A DNA stretch of 64,000 bases, taken from positions 89,808 through 153,807 of the forward strand of contig JAFZWP010000013.1 of NCBI GenBank assembly GCA_017617065.1. The letters are read 5' to 3'. The notes beneath the pieces are model-generated. The model had not been told where the DNA came from. It was given only the letters and a program-made list of their open reading frames with translations, and did not search any database. A program made the translations under genes and the position numbers. The first letter of the stretch is position 1. Every line of letters begins with the position of its first letter. Below, piece after piece: positions 48,310 through 56,723 of the stretch. This stretch comes from Bacilli bacterium. Lineage in GTDB: Bacteria; Bacillota_I; Bacilli_A; ML615J-28; CAG-698.

Positions 48310-49021
48310 AATTAACACCTCTTTCTTTTGCCTCTAGTATTTGCTTCTCATATGCTTTTCCATATTTAGAAAAGCCATTAATAAATATTTTATTTTTATC
48401 TAAAATATGACTAAGCCATAAAGGAATTGAATCTTGTATTTTTATTTCTAAAATAGCTTCCCCATTATTAAGTAGTGGTATACCTTCCATCGAATAATCT
48501 AGGGTTAGGTTATCTATCCTATACCTAGGATTATAATCAATTGTTAATCGCAAATTTCCATTTTCTTCTTCATATGCTACACGATCATAAATGATTAAAC
48601 AAGAAGGAACGAGTTTTCCATAATAATCTCTAAAATAAGTTATTTCTTTTGCTATTTGCCCTTCTGCTACAATATCAACTTTATGATTAAAAAAATCATT
48701 TGCATCTTTGATTTTCGTTTCTACTCTTCTTTTATAAACAACACCATATGCTTTTCTTTTTAATTCTAAAAACACTGTTTTACTATTATCAGCCATTCCA
48801 TAAGATCTAAGTCTTATTTTTTCTTTAAATTTTGGCTTTTCTAGAGACGTCCTTATTAATCTAGAATCGATAGTATCATAATATAGCGATGCGATAGTTG
48901 TCATGCCATATTTATCTATTTTCATATGGCCTTCTAATGCATCAACGAAACTATCAATTTGTTCTTTAGATAACACATATTTTAGTTCGTATCTATCCAT
49001 TACAACGATTGCATCACTCAT
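48302..49021 (-). CDS. VTC (polyphosphate polymerase-like, CYTH fold) domain protein
   Basis: RYELKY, SLYYDT, KEKIRLRSY, FLELKRK, KRR, LRLTID, ILEIK, FSKY. Confidence 0.9.
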   Translation of the reverse strand: MSDAIVVMDRYELKYVLSKEQIDSFVDALEGHMKIDKYGMTTIASLYYDTIDSRLIRTSLEKPKFKEKIRLRSYGMADNSKTVFLELKRKAYGVVYKRRVETKIKDANDFFNHKVDIVAEGQIAKEITYFRDYYGKLVPSCLIIYDRVAYEEENGNLRLTIDYNPRYRIDNLTLDYSMEGIPLLNNGEAILEIKIQDSIPLWLSHILDKNKIFINGFSKYGKAYEKQILEAKERGVNYV

Positions 49022-49039
49022 ATTTACTCCTTTCTAGTT

Positions 49040-50767
49040 TTAATTAACTGTAGCAGTTGCACTGCCATATACAGTACAAGCGCCTTTATATGTATAACTA
49101 TTATTATATGTAATAGTTTGAGATCCAATTGTTACTGTGTGGGTTCCACTAGATAAACCATTTGAGGAAGATGTTTTAGTTACGCCACTAGCAGATAGTT
49201 TACGTGGAGCATAACCAATAACAATTAGCGTTCCACCAGTCATTTTCATAGATCCATCTGAATCAATCGGAGCCATCATTTCACTATTAGGTCCTCTTGC
49301 GATAGTTATTCCACCACTAATTGTAATAGTGCCATTAGAATCAATTCCGTCAGTATCGCCATTTGGTGATACTGTTACATCTAATACGCCACCACTAATA
49401 TTAATTGCTTTTGATGCATTAACTCCATCATCACTACCTATTACTACTATCTTTCCACCTTGGATATTGATAATGTTTCCTTCTAGACCTTCATGAGATT
49501 CGGCTACATTCACTTCTCCACCAGTAATTGTAAGTGTTCCATCTGCATGAATTCCATCATCACTTGCTTTGATAGTTATATTGCCTCCACTAATATTAAT
49601 ACTTGCACTAGCACTAACACCTGTATCAAGCTTATCGTTATTAGTATGAATCGCATCATCATAAGTATAAATGAAAATATCACCAGCAGTAATATTTATT
49701 GCTTCATTAGCTTTAATGCCTTTTGCGGAATCATCTGCTTTTTCAGCTGAAGAGCCTCCGCCAAAGCCACCACCACCGAATCCGCCACCAGGGCCTCCAG
49801 GTCCACCAGGATGACTTGGGCCACCAGTTTCAATTAGTGATACTCTAGATAAGTTAGAGTTACTATCACTACTATCAACTAAAGTGTATGAAGAATATTT
49901 ATTTGTATAAATATCAATTACAGGAGTATATGTATTTCCCTCTGAATCAGTACCACTACCAATTTCAACCGCATATGCGGCATCAATTGCATCACCATAT
50001 GAATTTATAGTAATGGTTCCACCATTAATATAAATATAACCATGTTGAGCAGATGATCCTTTATCTGAATTAGATGTTTTAATTCCATTGTTTCCGCACA
50101 CAATTCCAATTGTAGGGTTTTCTTCAATTGTTACCTTATCATTGCCTTTAATACCATTGTTCATGGCTTTGATAAGTATTGTACAATTCTTAATAGTTAC
50201 ATTATCTTTACCATGGATTCCACTATTATATAAACTAGTAATAACAACTGTTCCTTTACCACTAACTTTCAAATCTCCATTAGCTACATATATTGCACTA
50301 GTACCAATAGTATCATCAGTAGTTTTAGAGTAATCAGTTTTTCTGTTATCATAAATATAATTAGTAGTATCTTTTTTTATCTTTATTGTAATCTTGCTGC
50401 AATCCTTAATAAAGATTGGAGAAACACTGCTACTTGAAATTGATACACCATCAAGTTCAATTTCAACTTCTTCTCCACTGGCATTAACATAAATTTGGCC
50501 TTCTTCTAACTTACCGCTAGCTTTATATACCCCTCCACTAGTAATTGCATATACTTTATTAGTAGGAGTTATTGCTACACCAGATTCATTAACTAGAGAA
50601 AATGTTGATGCAACTATATCATCTTCAATTTCAATATCTTCAGTTTTACCACTAACATTACTATTTGTAGTTGTATTAGTTGAACCACCATTATTAGTAA
50701 TTTCACCACATCCAACAAATAAAAATGAAGCAAGTAACAATAAAACTATTAACATTCTCCTTTTCAT
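49040..50767 (-). CDS. DUF4353/Cthe_2159-like beta-helix carbohydrate-binding lipoprotein
   Basis: Lipobox FVGC; repeated I.I.GG.I.I...DDGI coils; DGIDSNG; Gly/Pro-rich insert. ORF-track start is 50776. Confidence 0.85.
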   Translation of the reverse strand: MKRRMLIVLLLLASFLFVGCGEITNNGGSTNTTTNSNVSGKTEDIEIEDDIVASTFSLVNESGVAITPTNKVYAITSGGVYKASGKLEEGQIYVNASGEEVEIELDGVSISSSSVSPIFIKDCSKITIKIKKDTTNYIYDNRKTDYSKTTDDTIGTSAIYVANGDLKVSGKGTVVITSLYNSGIHGKDNVTIKNCTILIKAMNNGIKGNDKVTIEENPTIGIVCGNNGIKTSNSDKGSSAQHGYIYINGGTITINSYGDAIDAAYAVEIGSGTDSEGNTYTPVIDIYTNKYSSYTLVDSSDSNSNLSRVSLIETGGPSHPGGPGGPGGGFGGGGFGGGSSAEKADDSAKGIKANEAINITAGDIFIYTYDDAIHTNNDKLDTGVSASASINISGGNITIKASDDGIHADGTLTITGGEVNVAESHEGLEGNIINIQGGKIVVIGSDDGVNASKAINISGGVLDVTVSPNGDTDGIDSNGTITISGGITIARGPNSEMMAPIDSDGSMKMTGGTLIVIGYAPRKLSASGVTKTSSSNGLSSGTHTVTIGSQTITYNNSYTYKGACTVYGSATATVN

Positions 50768-50799
50768 TGCTTTCACCTCTTTTTATCTTTTATACCTTC

Positions 50800-50858
50800 A
50801 TTATACGAGAGTTTCTTAAAGTCAACTTAAATCATATATCATTTAAGTTTTACTTAAG
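50800..50858 (-). promoter_or_regulatory. Promoter with OmpR/CiaR-type direct-repeat boxes
   Basis: TTTAAG-N5-TTTAAG-N9-TATAAT on the minus strand, plus a second TTAAG pair in the opposite orientation at 50842-50858. Confidence 0.65.
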
Positions 50859-50897
50859 AAAAAAGATAAAGCCTTCCTATTGCAGTTTAATCAATAA

Positions 50898-51371
50898 TTA
50901 TAATTCTTTTTTTAAATATATAAATTTATCTTCTTCATAATCGATGATAAATCCTAGTTTTAAAAACAAACTTATCGCTTTATTATCTTTAGCTATATTA
51001 TCATATACAATCTTTATTCCATTATTCCTAGCTACATCTAATAATGACTTTAGGCTATCTTCCCCATATCCCTTATGACGATATTTAGAATATATGATTA
51101 CATCAATTAAATATTTATCTTCATTTGCATCATAGTGATATGCCACTTTCCCCACATAGTTATCATCTTCATCTACAACATATCGATAAAATCTTTTGTT
51201 ATCATGATTTACAATCCAATAATCATACCAATCTTCCCATTCCTCTTTTGGAAAAGGAATTGTCCCACCCCACATAAGGTTATATGACATAGTTTCTTCA
51301 TCAGATAGCATTAACTCTTTAAACCACAAATCATTTATTTTTGGTTTATATAATTTAACCATTTTGTCCAT
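50898..51371 (-). CDS. GNAT family N-acetyltransferase
   Basis: YRHKGYG acetyl-CoA motif; NKAISLFLKLGF. Confidence 0.88.
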   Translation of the reverse strand: MDKMVKLYKPKINDLWFKELMLSDEETMSYNLMWGGTIPFPKEEWEDWYDYWIVNHDNKRFYRYVVDEDDNYVGKVAYHYDANEDKYLIDVIIYSKYRHKGYGEDSLKSLLDVARNNGIKIVYDNIAKDNKAISLFLKLGFIIDYEEDKFIYLKKEL

Positions 51372-51375
51372 CCTT

Positions 51376-52536
51376 TTAATTCTTATAAGCCATTTTATAA
51401 ATGTCTAACATTTCTTCATATCCTAACTTCATATATCCATCAAGAATTCTAGTTTTTCCGCGTGATGCATTATATGCTAACTTTTCTAAATCTTCCTCTT
51501 TAACACCAAGTTCAATTAAACTAGTCGGCATACCAATAGATTTATAGAATTCTTCTTGCATAGAAATAGCTTTTAAAATATCTTCTGTACCAAATAAGTA
51601 TTTTGCAAACTTAGTCCATCTTTCAATATTTGCTTTATAAACATATCTAGCATAACTAGGAAATAAAGCAGCAAGTCCTGCTCCATGCGCAATATTTTCA
51701 TACATTCCTGATAATTCGTGTTCAAGTTGGTGAACACACATCACAAATTCTCTTCCGCATTGCGTTAAGCCGTTATGAGCAAGCGATGATGCCCACATCA
51801 TATTTGATCTAGCAGCATAATCGTATGGATTATTATACGAATCAATTCCTGCTTTTTTAGTAGATTTGATAATTGCTAAAGCAATTTCATCTGTAAGGTA
51901 AGTATCTCCGCCTTTACAGAAAAACCTTTCGATTGTATGCATTTGAATATCAACAGCACCACATGCTGTTTGATATTTACTAACTGTATATGTAAGTTCT
52001 GGATTCATAATGGCAAAATCTAAGCGATTAAAATCAGAATTATATCCTCTTTTTTCATGAGTTTCTTCATTAGTTATTACACAAGAATTAGACATTTCCG
52101 ATCCTGCTGCTGATATTGTTAAGATGCAACCTTTTTTAGTTGTATGAGCCGGTTTCTTTTTACCAAGTGAAAAATCCCAAACATCATCATTTGGATTAGC
52201 AAGACCATTAGCAATATCTTTAGCTGAATCAATTACTGATCCGCCTCCGATTGCTAAAACGAAATCAACATTTTCTTTTTTACCAATTTCAATACCTTTT
52301 CTAACCATTTCTAAAGTAGGGTTAGGTTTTACCCCACCTAGTAATACGAATGGGATATTTTCTTCTTCTAAGTATTTTTTTACTCTTTCTAACAATCCAC
52401 TTTTAATAACTGATGATTGCCCATAATGTATTAATACTTTTTTGGGATTATATTCTTTTAATATTAATCCTATTTTCTTTTCCTCATCTTTTCCAAAATA
52501 TACTCTCGTTGGGGTATGATAAATAAAATTATACAT
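51376..52536 (-). CDS. Iron-containing alcohol (butanol-type) dehydrogenase
   Basis: PTRVYFG, GGGSVIDSAK, AAGSEMS, HQLEHELS, HGAGLA. Confidence 0.92.
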   Translation of the reverse strand: MYNFIYHTPTRVYFGKDEEKKIGLILKEYNPKKVLIHYGQSSVIKSGLLERVKKYLEEENIPFVLLGGVKPNPTLEMVRKGIEIGKKENVDFVLAIGGGSVIDSAKDIANGLANPNDDVWDFSLGKKKPAHTTKKGCILTISAAGSEMSNSCVITNEETHEKRGYNSDFNRLDFAIMNPELTYTVSKYQTACGAVDIQMHTIERFFCKGGDTYLTDEIALAIIKSTKKAGIDSYNNPYDYAARSNMMWASSLAHNGLTQCGREFVMCVHQLEHELSGMYENIAHGAGLAALFPSYARYVYKANIERWTKFAKYLFGTEDILKAISMQEEFYKSIGMPTSLIELGVKEEDLEKLAYNASRGKTRILDGYMKLGYEEMLDIYKMAYKN

Positions 52537-52596
52537 AAATATATCCTCACTTATAAAATTCTAATTAAATTATATCATATACAATTATTATTGCAT

Positions 52597-52627
52597 AAAT
52601 AAAACAAGGTCAAAATTTGACCTTGTT
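52597..52627 (-). terminator. Terminator after the hypothetical lipoprotein gene
   Basis: AACAAGGTCAAA/TTTGACCTTGTT inverted repeat followed by TTATTT. Confidence 0.75.
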
Positions 52628-52635
52628 AAATAATC

Positions 52636-53367
52636 TTAATCATTAACCGAAAATACAAAACTTAATTCCATTTGACCGGTAATAATCTCATTTGTATCAT
52701 CCAAGTCCCAGCCTTCAAACCATATAATAATTGTTACTTTTTTTATTTCATTAACACCTATGTTTTCTATTGAGAAGTTTCCAAAATGTTCATCATTTGT
52801 AAAAAACACTTTCGCAAATCTATCATAAAATGCTTTTTTTTCAGGTTCTTCGTTTAGCTTTTCGATAAGGATTTCATCGCCATGTCCATCATTTTTTAAG
52901 AAAATTGCTCCTTTTGAAAAACTAATATTATTAGTGTCATCAACATTTCCTTCTTCGATAATGCTAATTCTTATAGCTTTATCACAACTTCGTGTTACAT
53001 TACCACTATCTACATCTATTTCTATTGTTGAGGCTTTATTTCCACCATTTTTAACAAATAAAGTATAAGCAAAAAAAGTATGATCCTGCAATTTACCATT
53101 AGCATTAAATGCTTCTTTATATTTTATATTTGCAAATGTTGTATCGGATATTTCCACACGTTGCTCAATAAAACTATCTTGTGGATTTGAAAAATCTTTA
53201 TTATCTGATAGTTTAATTCCAAATGATTTTGCTTTGTCATCTAGTTTTATATTAACTGATTCATTAGTGGCTGCTTTTTGTTCTTTGCTATCTTCACCAC
53301 AACCAATTAGAATTTGGATTAAAAAAGCAAATAATACAATAATTGATATTTTTAATAATTTTTTCAT
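52636..53367 (-). CDS. Hypothetical lipoprotein
   Basis: Lipobox LIGC, AGGAG RBS, beta-rich (YTLFVKN...IIIWFEGWD). Confidence 0.7.
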   Translation of the reverse strand: MKKLLKISIIVLFAFLIQILIGCGEDSKEQKAATNESVNIKLDDKAKSFGIKLSDNKDFSNPQDSFIEQRVEISDTTFANIKYKEAFNANGKLQDHTFFAYTLFVKNGGNKASTIEIDVDSGNVTRSCDKAIRISIIEEGNVDDTNNISFSKGAIFLKNDGHGDEILIEKLNEEPEKKAFYDRFAKVFFTNDEHFGNFSIENIGVNEIKKVTIIIWFEGWDLDDTNEIITGQMELSFVFSVND

Positions 53368-53524
53368 ATTTATCTCCTTTTATCTAGATACATTATACTA
53401 TAGATTCTTTGGAGTTCAATTCCATTTTATCTTTTATTTACAATCTAATCCGACAGTTTTTGATAAACAATATAATATCTAGGGCTTTGTTAAATATATG
53501 ATTTTTCTTATCCTTTTGCCAACC

Positions 53525-53548
53525 AACAGACCGTCTCAACGGTCTGTT
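53525..53548. repeat. Isolated GC-rich hairpin (REP-like)
   Basis: aacagaccgt-ctca-acggtctgtt: 10-bp perfect stem with no U-tract on either strand. Confidence 0.55.
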
Positions 53549-53828
53549 ACTTGTCCTTATTAAATACACAAAAAAATGTACCCTTTCACAAGATATTTAA
53601 TCTCTTTTTTTTATAGAATTCTATAATTTTGTTGATTAGCTTTATGCCTATTTTAATTTAAATTAATAAGGAAGAAGGTTATTCCTAAAATATGTCCAAG
53701 TGCCGTTAGATTACTTTCATTGTAGTTTCTACTGCCCACTCTTTTCCCTATTTTTTAAAAGTTTAAGGCAGTTTTCATTATCGTGAACAAGCTCATTTAT
53801 ATTATATCAAATATTTAATATTTTTATT

Positions 53829-53862
53829 TAAAAAAATAGTCATTTCTTTACGAAGCGACTAT
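53829..53862 (-). terminator. Terminator downstream of yhcG
   Basis: ATAGTCGCTTC/GAAATGACTAT stem plus T-run on the minus strand. Confidence 0.6.
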
Positions 53863-54033
53863 CTTTTCTTTTTCTTTCTATTCCTTTAAAATCTAACATA
53901 ATTAACTCAATGAAAACTTATTCCTTAAATAATTAGTTTAAAATAATGTGTTCAACTTCACATAAATTAATACTACCATTCACTTCATTAAGCATATCTA
54001 TATATCAGCTACCGATATGGTTTTATTAATACA

Positions 54034-55050
54034 CTACTTGTTATCTAATAGTTTTCTTAATTCAATAACCTTATTTTGAAGCAGTGTGATATCAATTAAA
54101 CTGGTACTATATTTAGACACTAATAATGGTGATATATTTCTTGACATCGCATATTCAACTATTGCTTGATTCTTTTCCGAACATAATATAACACCTATTG
54201 ATGGATTATCTGCTTCTCTTTTTTCTTGTCTATCTAAAGCTTCAAGGTAAAAATTCATTTTAGATACATATTCAGGTTCAAATTTACCTACTTTTAGTTC
54301 AAATGCTACTAAGCATTTTAAGCACATATTATAAAATAACAAATCAATATAAAAGTCAGTATCACCAACTTGTATTCTATACTCCTCACCGACGAATGCA
54401 AAATCCTTGCCTATTTCCAAAATGAAATCCTTCAGATTCGATACTATTGACTTTCGCAAATCCTTCTCAGAATAATTATTTGGCAAATCTAAAAACTCTA
54501 ATGAATATTGATCTAGTATTCTTGTTGCAGGGATGTCATCTTCGTTAATAGTTTTAGTTGTTGACTCTAAATCTTTATTATCTTTAGAAAGTATGTATCT
54601 ATAGAAATATCCACTTGACAATTGTCTATTTAGTTCTCTTGCAGAATAATTATTTTTGATACACATGCGAAGATAAAATTCTTTTTCTTCCATAGTTTTA
54701 GTCCCAGAAAGAATTGCTAAATTGTTGCTCCAACTAATTTGTCTCAACAGTGTTGAGACAATTTCATTATCTTTATAAGTTTTATAAAACTGAATCATTC
54801 TATACAGACCTGCTCTATTAAACCCTTTTAATGAAGGGTACTTTTCATTAACACTTTTTGCAATACTATCAATAACTTTAGAACCCCATTTTTCAGATTC
54901 TACTTTCTCGGATAAGTACTTACCTATTTCATAATACATAGTCACTAATTCTTCGTTTATTTTGCGATATGCATTTTCTCTATGTTTTTCAATAAGATTA
55001 ACTATATCAACTAATGGACTACTAACATCTTCAATTTCGTTCTTTTTCAT
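54034..55050 (-). CDS. yhcG: YhcG/DUF1016 PD-(D/E)XK nuclease family protein
   Basis: N..LV..YY.IG, WGSK, ISWS, Y.LEFL, FILEIGKDFAFVG, YIDLLFY, ELKVGKF, MNFYL, PSIGVILC. ORF-track start is 55062. Confidence 0.92.
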   Translation of the reverse strand: MKKNEIEDVSSPLVDIVNLIEKHRENAYRKINEELVTMYYEIGKYLSEKVESEKWGSKVIDSIAKSVNEKYPSLKGFNRAGLYRMIQFYKTYKDNEIVSTLLRQISWSNNLAILSGTKTMEEKEFYLRMCIKNNYSARELNRQLSSGYFYRYILSKDNKDLESTTKTINEDDIPATRILDQYSLEFLDLPNNYSEKDLRKSIVSNLKDFILEIGKDFAFVGEEYRIQVGDTDFYIDLLFYNMCLKCLVAFELKVGKFEPEYVSKMNFYLEALDRQEKREADNPSIGVILCSEKNQAIVEYAMSRNISPLLVSKYSTSLIDITLLQNKVIELRKLLDNK

Positions 55051-55118
55051 AATAGCCACCATTTCTAAAACTACTATACATTATTATTTATATCTTTTCT
55101 ATGCTTTTAATATTAATA

Positions 55119-55496
55119 CTATTGAACTTTTTTCAAATAAACCCATTTCTCTATATTATGAGAAATGTCGTAAGCTTCAATGAAGTCCGTATCTTCATCA
55201 CCTACACACACCTTTAAAACATTTATGCCAAGGTTTCCAGTAACATACATCTTTGCATATTCTTTTGCACGCTCAAGATCTATAAATTGTGATAATATTA
55301 TATTTCCTTCTAAGACTTCATACTGCGCTTTCTTATTGGAATATCTTTCTACATACATGGGAGTCGGTAAGTTAGGAAATGGTCTTACCATCACTCGATT
55401 ATTTGTTTTAAAAAAACTTCCATTACTACCATTGTATTGATCATAAACAAGATTAATTAAAACATTTGTTCCTTCATATACATATGGATCTTTCAT
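55119..55496 (-). pseudogene. Chimeric ORF: Fic-toxin N-terminus fused to unrelated sequence
   Basis: Starts MKDPYVYEGTNVLIN, the typical Fic N-terminus DPY.Y..T.VL.N. No HPFxxGNGR motif follows. Translationally coupled (ATGA) to the upstream antitoxin. Confidence 0.6.
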
Positions 55497-55834
55497 TCTC
55501 TAACAAAACTCCTTTTAATAGCATATACTGCTGTATCATAATCAATATCACCTATAGAATATAAATGAATTATCTTTTGATTTCTTTCACTAACTTCCCC
55601 ATTTCCACCAGTTGCTTCAATTATCTTAGCTAAAGCTTCTACTTCTGTTTCATTTACTTGTGGTAGTTCTACATTAAAAGGAAAACCATTCTTAAGTATT
55701 ACTTGATTTAAAAAAAGAGATACAGCATAAGACATATTAATCCCGAGTTTTTTAAAAATATCTTCAGATTTTTCTTTAACAGTTGGCTCTATTCTAATAT
55801 GTATAAGCTCATTCTTGTTTTCTTTATTTTCCAT
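55493..55834 (-). CDS. RelB/DinJ-family antitoxin with a VbhA-like C-terminal extension
   Basis: IHIRIE...IFKKLGINMSYAVSLFLNQV...GFPF is RelB/DinJ; the tail ...VSERNQKIIHLYSIGDIDYD resembles VbhA. ORF-track start is TTG at 55840. Confidence 0.8.
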   Translation of the reverse strand: MENKENKNELIHIRIEPTVKEKSEDIFKKLGINMSYAVSLFLNQVILKNGFPFNVELPQVNETEVEALAKIIEATGGNGEVSERNQKIIHLYSIGDIDYDTAVYAIKRSFVRE

Positions 55835-55854
55835 ATTCAATTCACCTCAATAAA

Positions 55855-55883
55855 ATTGTATCACATTTGTTATACAAACGCAA
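55855..55883 (-). promoter_or_regulatory. TA promoter with overlapping palindromic operator
   Basis: TTGCGT-N17-TACAAT. Inverted repeat ttgtatcaca-tt-tgttatacaa (55856-55877) covers the spacer and the -10. Confidence 0.75.
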
Positions 55884-55918
55884 GAAACAAGAATCATAAA
55901 TCTTGTTTCTTTTTTTTG
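55882..55918. terminator. Hairpin/terminator after the displaced rlmD 3' end
   Basis: aagaaacaaga/tcttgtttctt 11-bp stem. The T-run is on the plus strand. Confidence 0.55.
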
Positions 55919-55924
55919 TAATAA

Positions 55925-55966
55925 TTATTTTGCTTTACTTACGAGCGAGCATACTGTCTCAATATG
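55925..55966 (-). mobile_element. Orphan rlmD 3'-end fragment (att-like scar of integration into rlmD)
   Basis: Reads CAT ATT GAG ACA GTA TGC TCG CTC GTA AGT AAA GCA AAA TAA = HIETVCSLVSKAK*, the conserved RlmD C-terminal H(V/I)ETV motif, 1.7 kb downstream of rlmD. Confidence 0.7.
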
Positions 55967-56039
55967 TTAATCAAAGTTCCGCAGTTTTGGAAATAAGTTT
56001 ATAATTTTTTTTCTTAAATAATCTACTTTATTCTTTATA

Positions 56040-56723
56040 TTATTTTAATAAAACTTCCCATACATCATTTTTAACAACATACTGAAATTCACTTAAATTA
56101 CTTGAGTTCATTACTTTTAGCAATTTTTCGAAATCATCAACTGTGTTTAGATTTGATATATCATTATATTCTACCCATTCCATTTTTCCTTCTTTAGATG
56201 ACTGCAAAACGCCTTCGGATTCAGTTGCCTTAAACAAAAATACAATATATCTTCCATATTTTATAGGGAATTGTTTAACACCAGCTAGAATTGGATTTTT
56301 AATATCTAATCCTGTTTCTTCTTTCATTTCTCGTTTGACTGCATCAACAAAGGATTCCTCTTTTTCAACATGTCCCCCAGGCAATGTATAGCCTTGCCAA
56401 TCTTTTTTTACTCTATTTTGGAGTAATACTTTATTACCATTTTCAACCAAGCATAAAACTGTAAGTTCTACTTTTTCAGTTCTATCTTCAGATATTGCCT
56501 TACAACCAATATCTTTTGCTAAATCATCGAATAATTCATTTACTTCTAAATCAAATTTTCGAATTAATAATTCAAGCTTATCATAACTTATATCATTGAC
56601 GCCTTTTTCAATTTTATTAATTGTAGATTTAGACGTATAACCCAATTCTTTAGCAAATTCTTCTTGACTCATTCCTTTTTCTAATCTAATTTCTTTTATT
56701 TTATCTCCAAGTTTATTACTCAT
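56040..56723 (-). CDS. XRE HTH fused to a Nudix (MutT/8-oxo-dGTPase-like) hydrolase
   Basis: HTH_3 (MSQEEFAKELGYTSKSTINKIEKG) plus intact Nudix box PGGHVEKEESFVDAVKREMKEETGL. Confidence 0.88.
   Translation of the reverse strand: MSNKLGDKIKEIRLEKGMSQEEFAKELGYTSKSTINKIEKGVNDISYDKLELLIRKFDLEVNELFDDLAKDIGCKAISEDRTEKVELTVLCLVENGNKVLLQNRVKKDWQGYTLPGGHVEKEESFVDAVKREMKEETGLDIKNPILAGVKQFPIKYGRYIVFLFKATESEGVLQSSKEGKMEWVEYNDISNLNTVDDFEKLLKVMNSSNLSEFQYVVKNDVWEVLLK

Noticed and set aside
49750-49826. GC-rich patch in the DUF4353 gene as a foreign insert or structured RNA
   Set aside because: It is explained by a Gly/Pro low-complexity linker (GGPGGPGGGFGGG).
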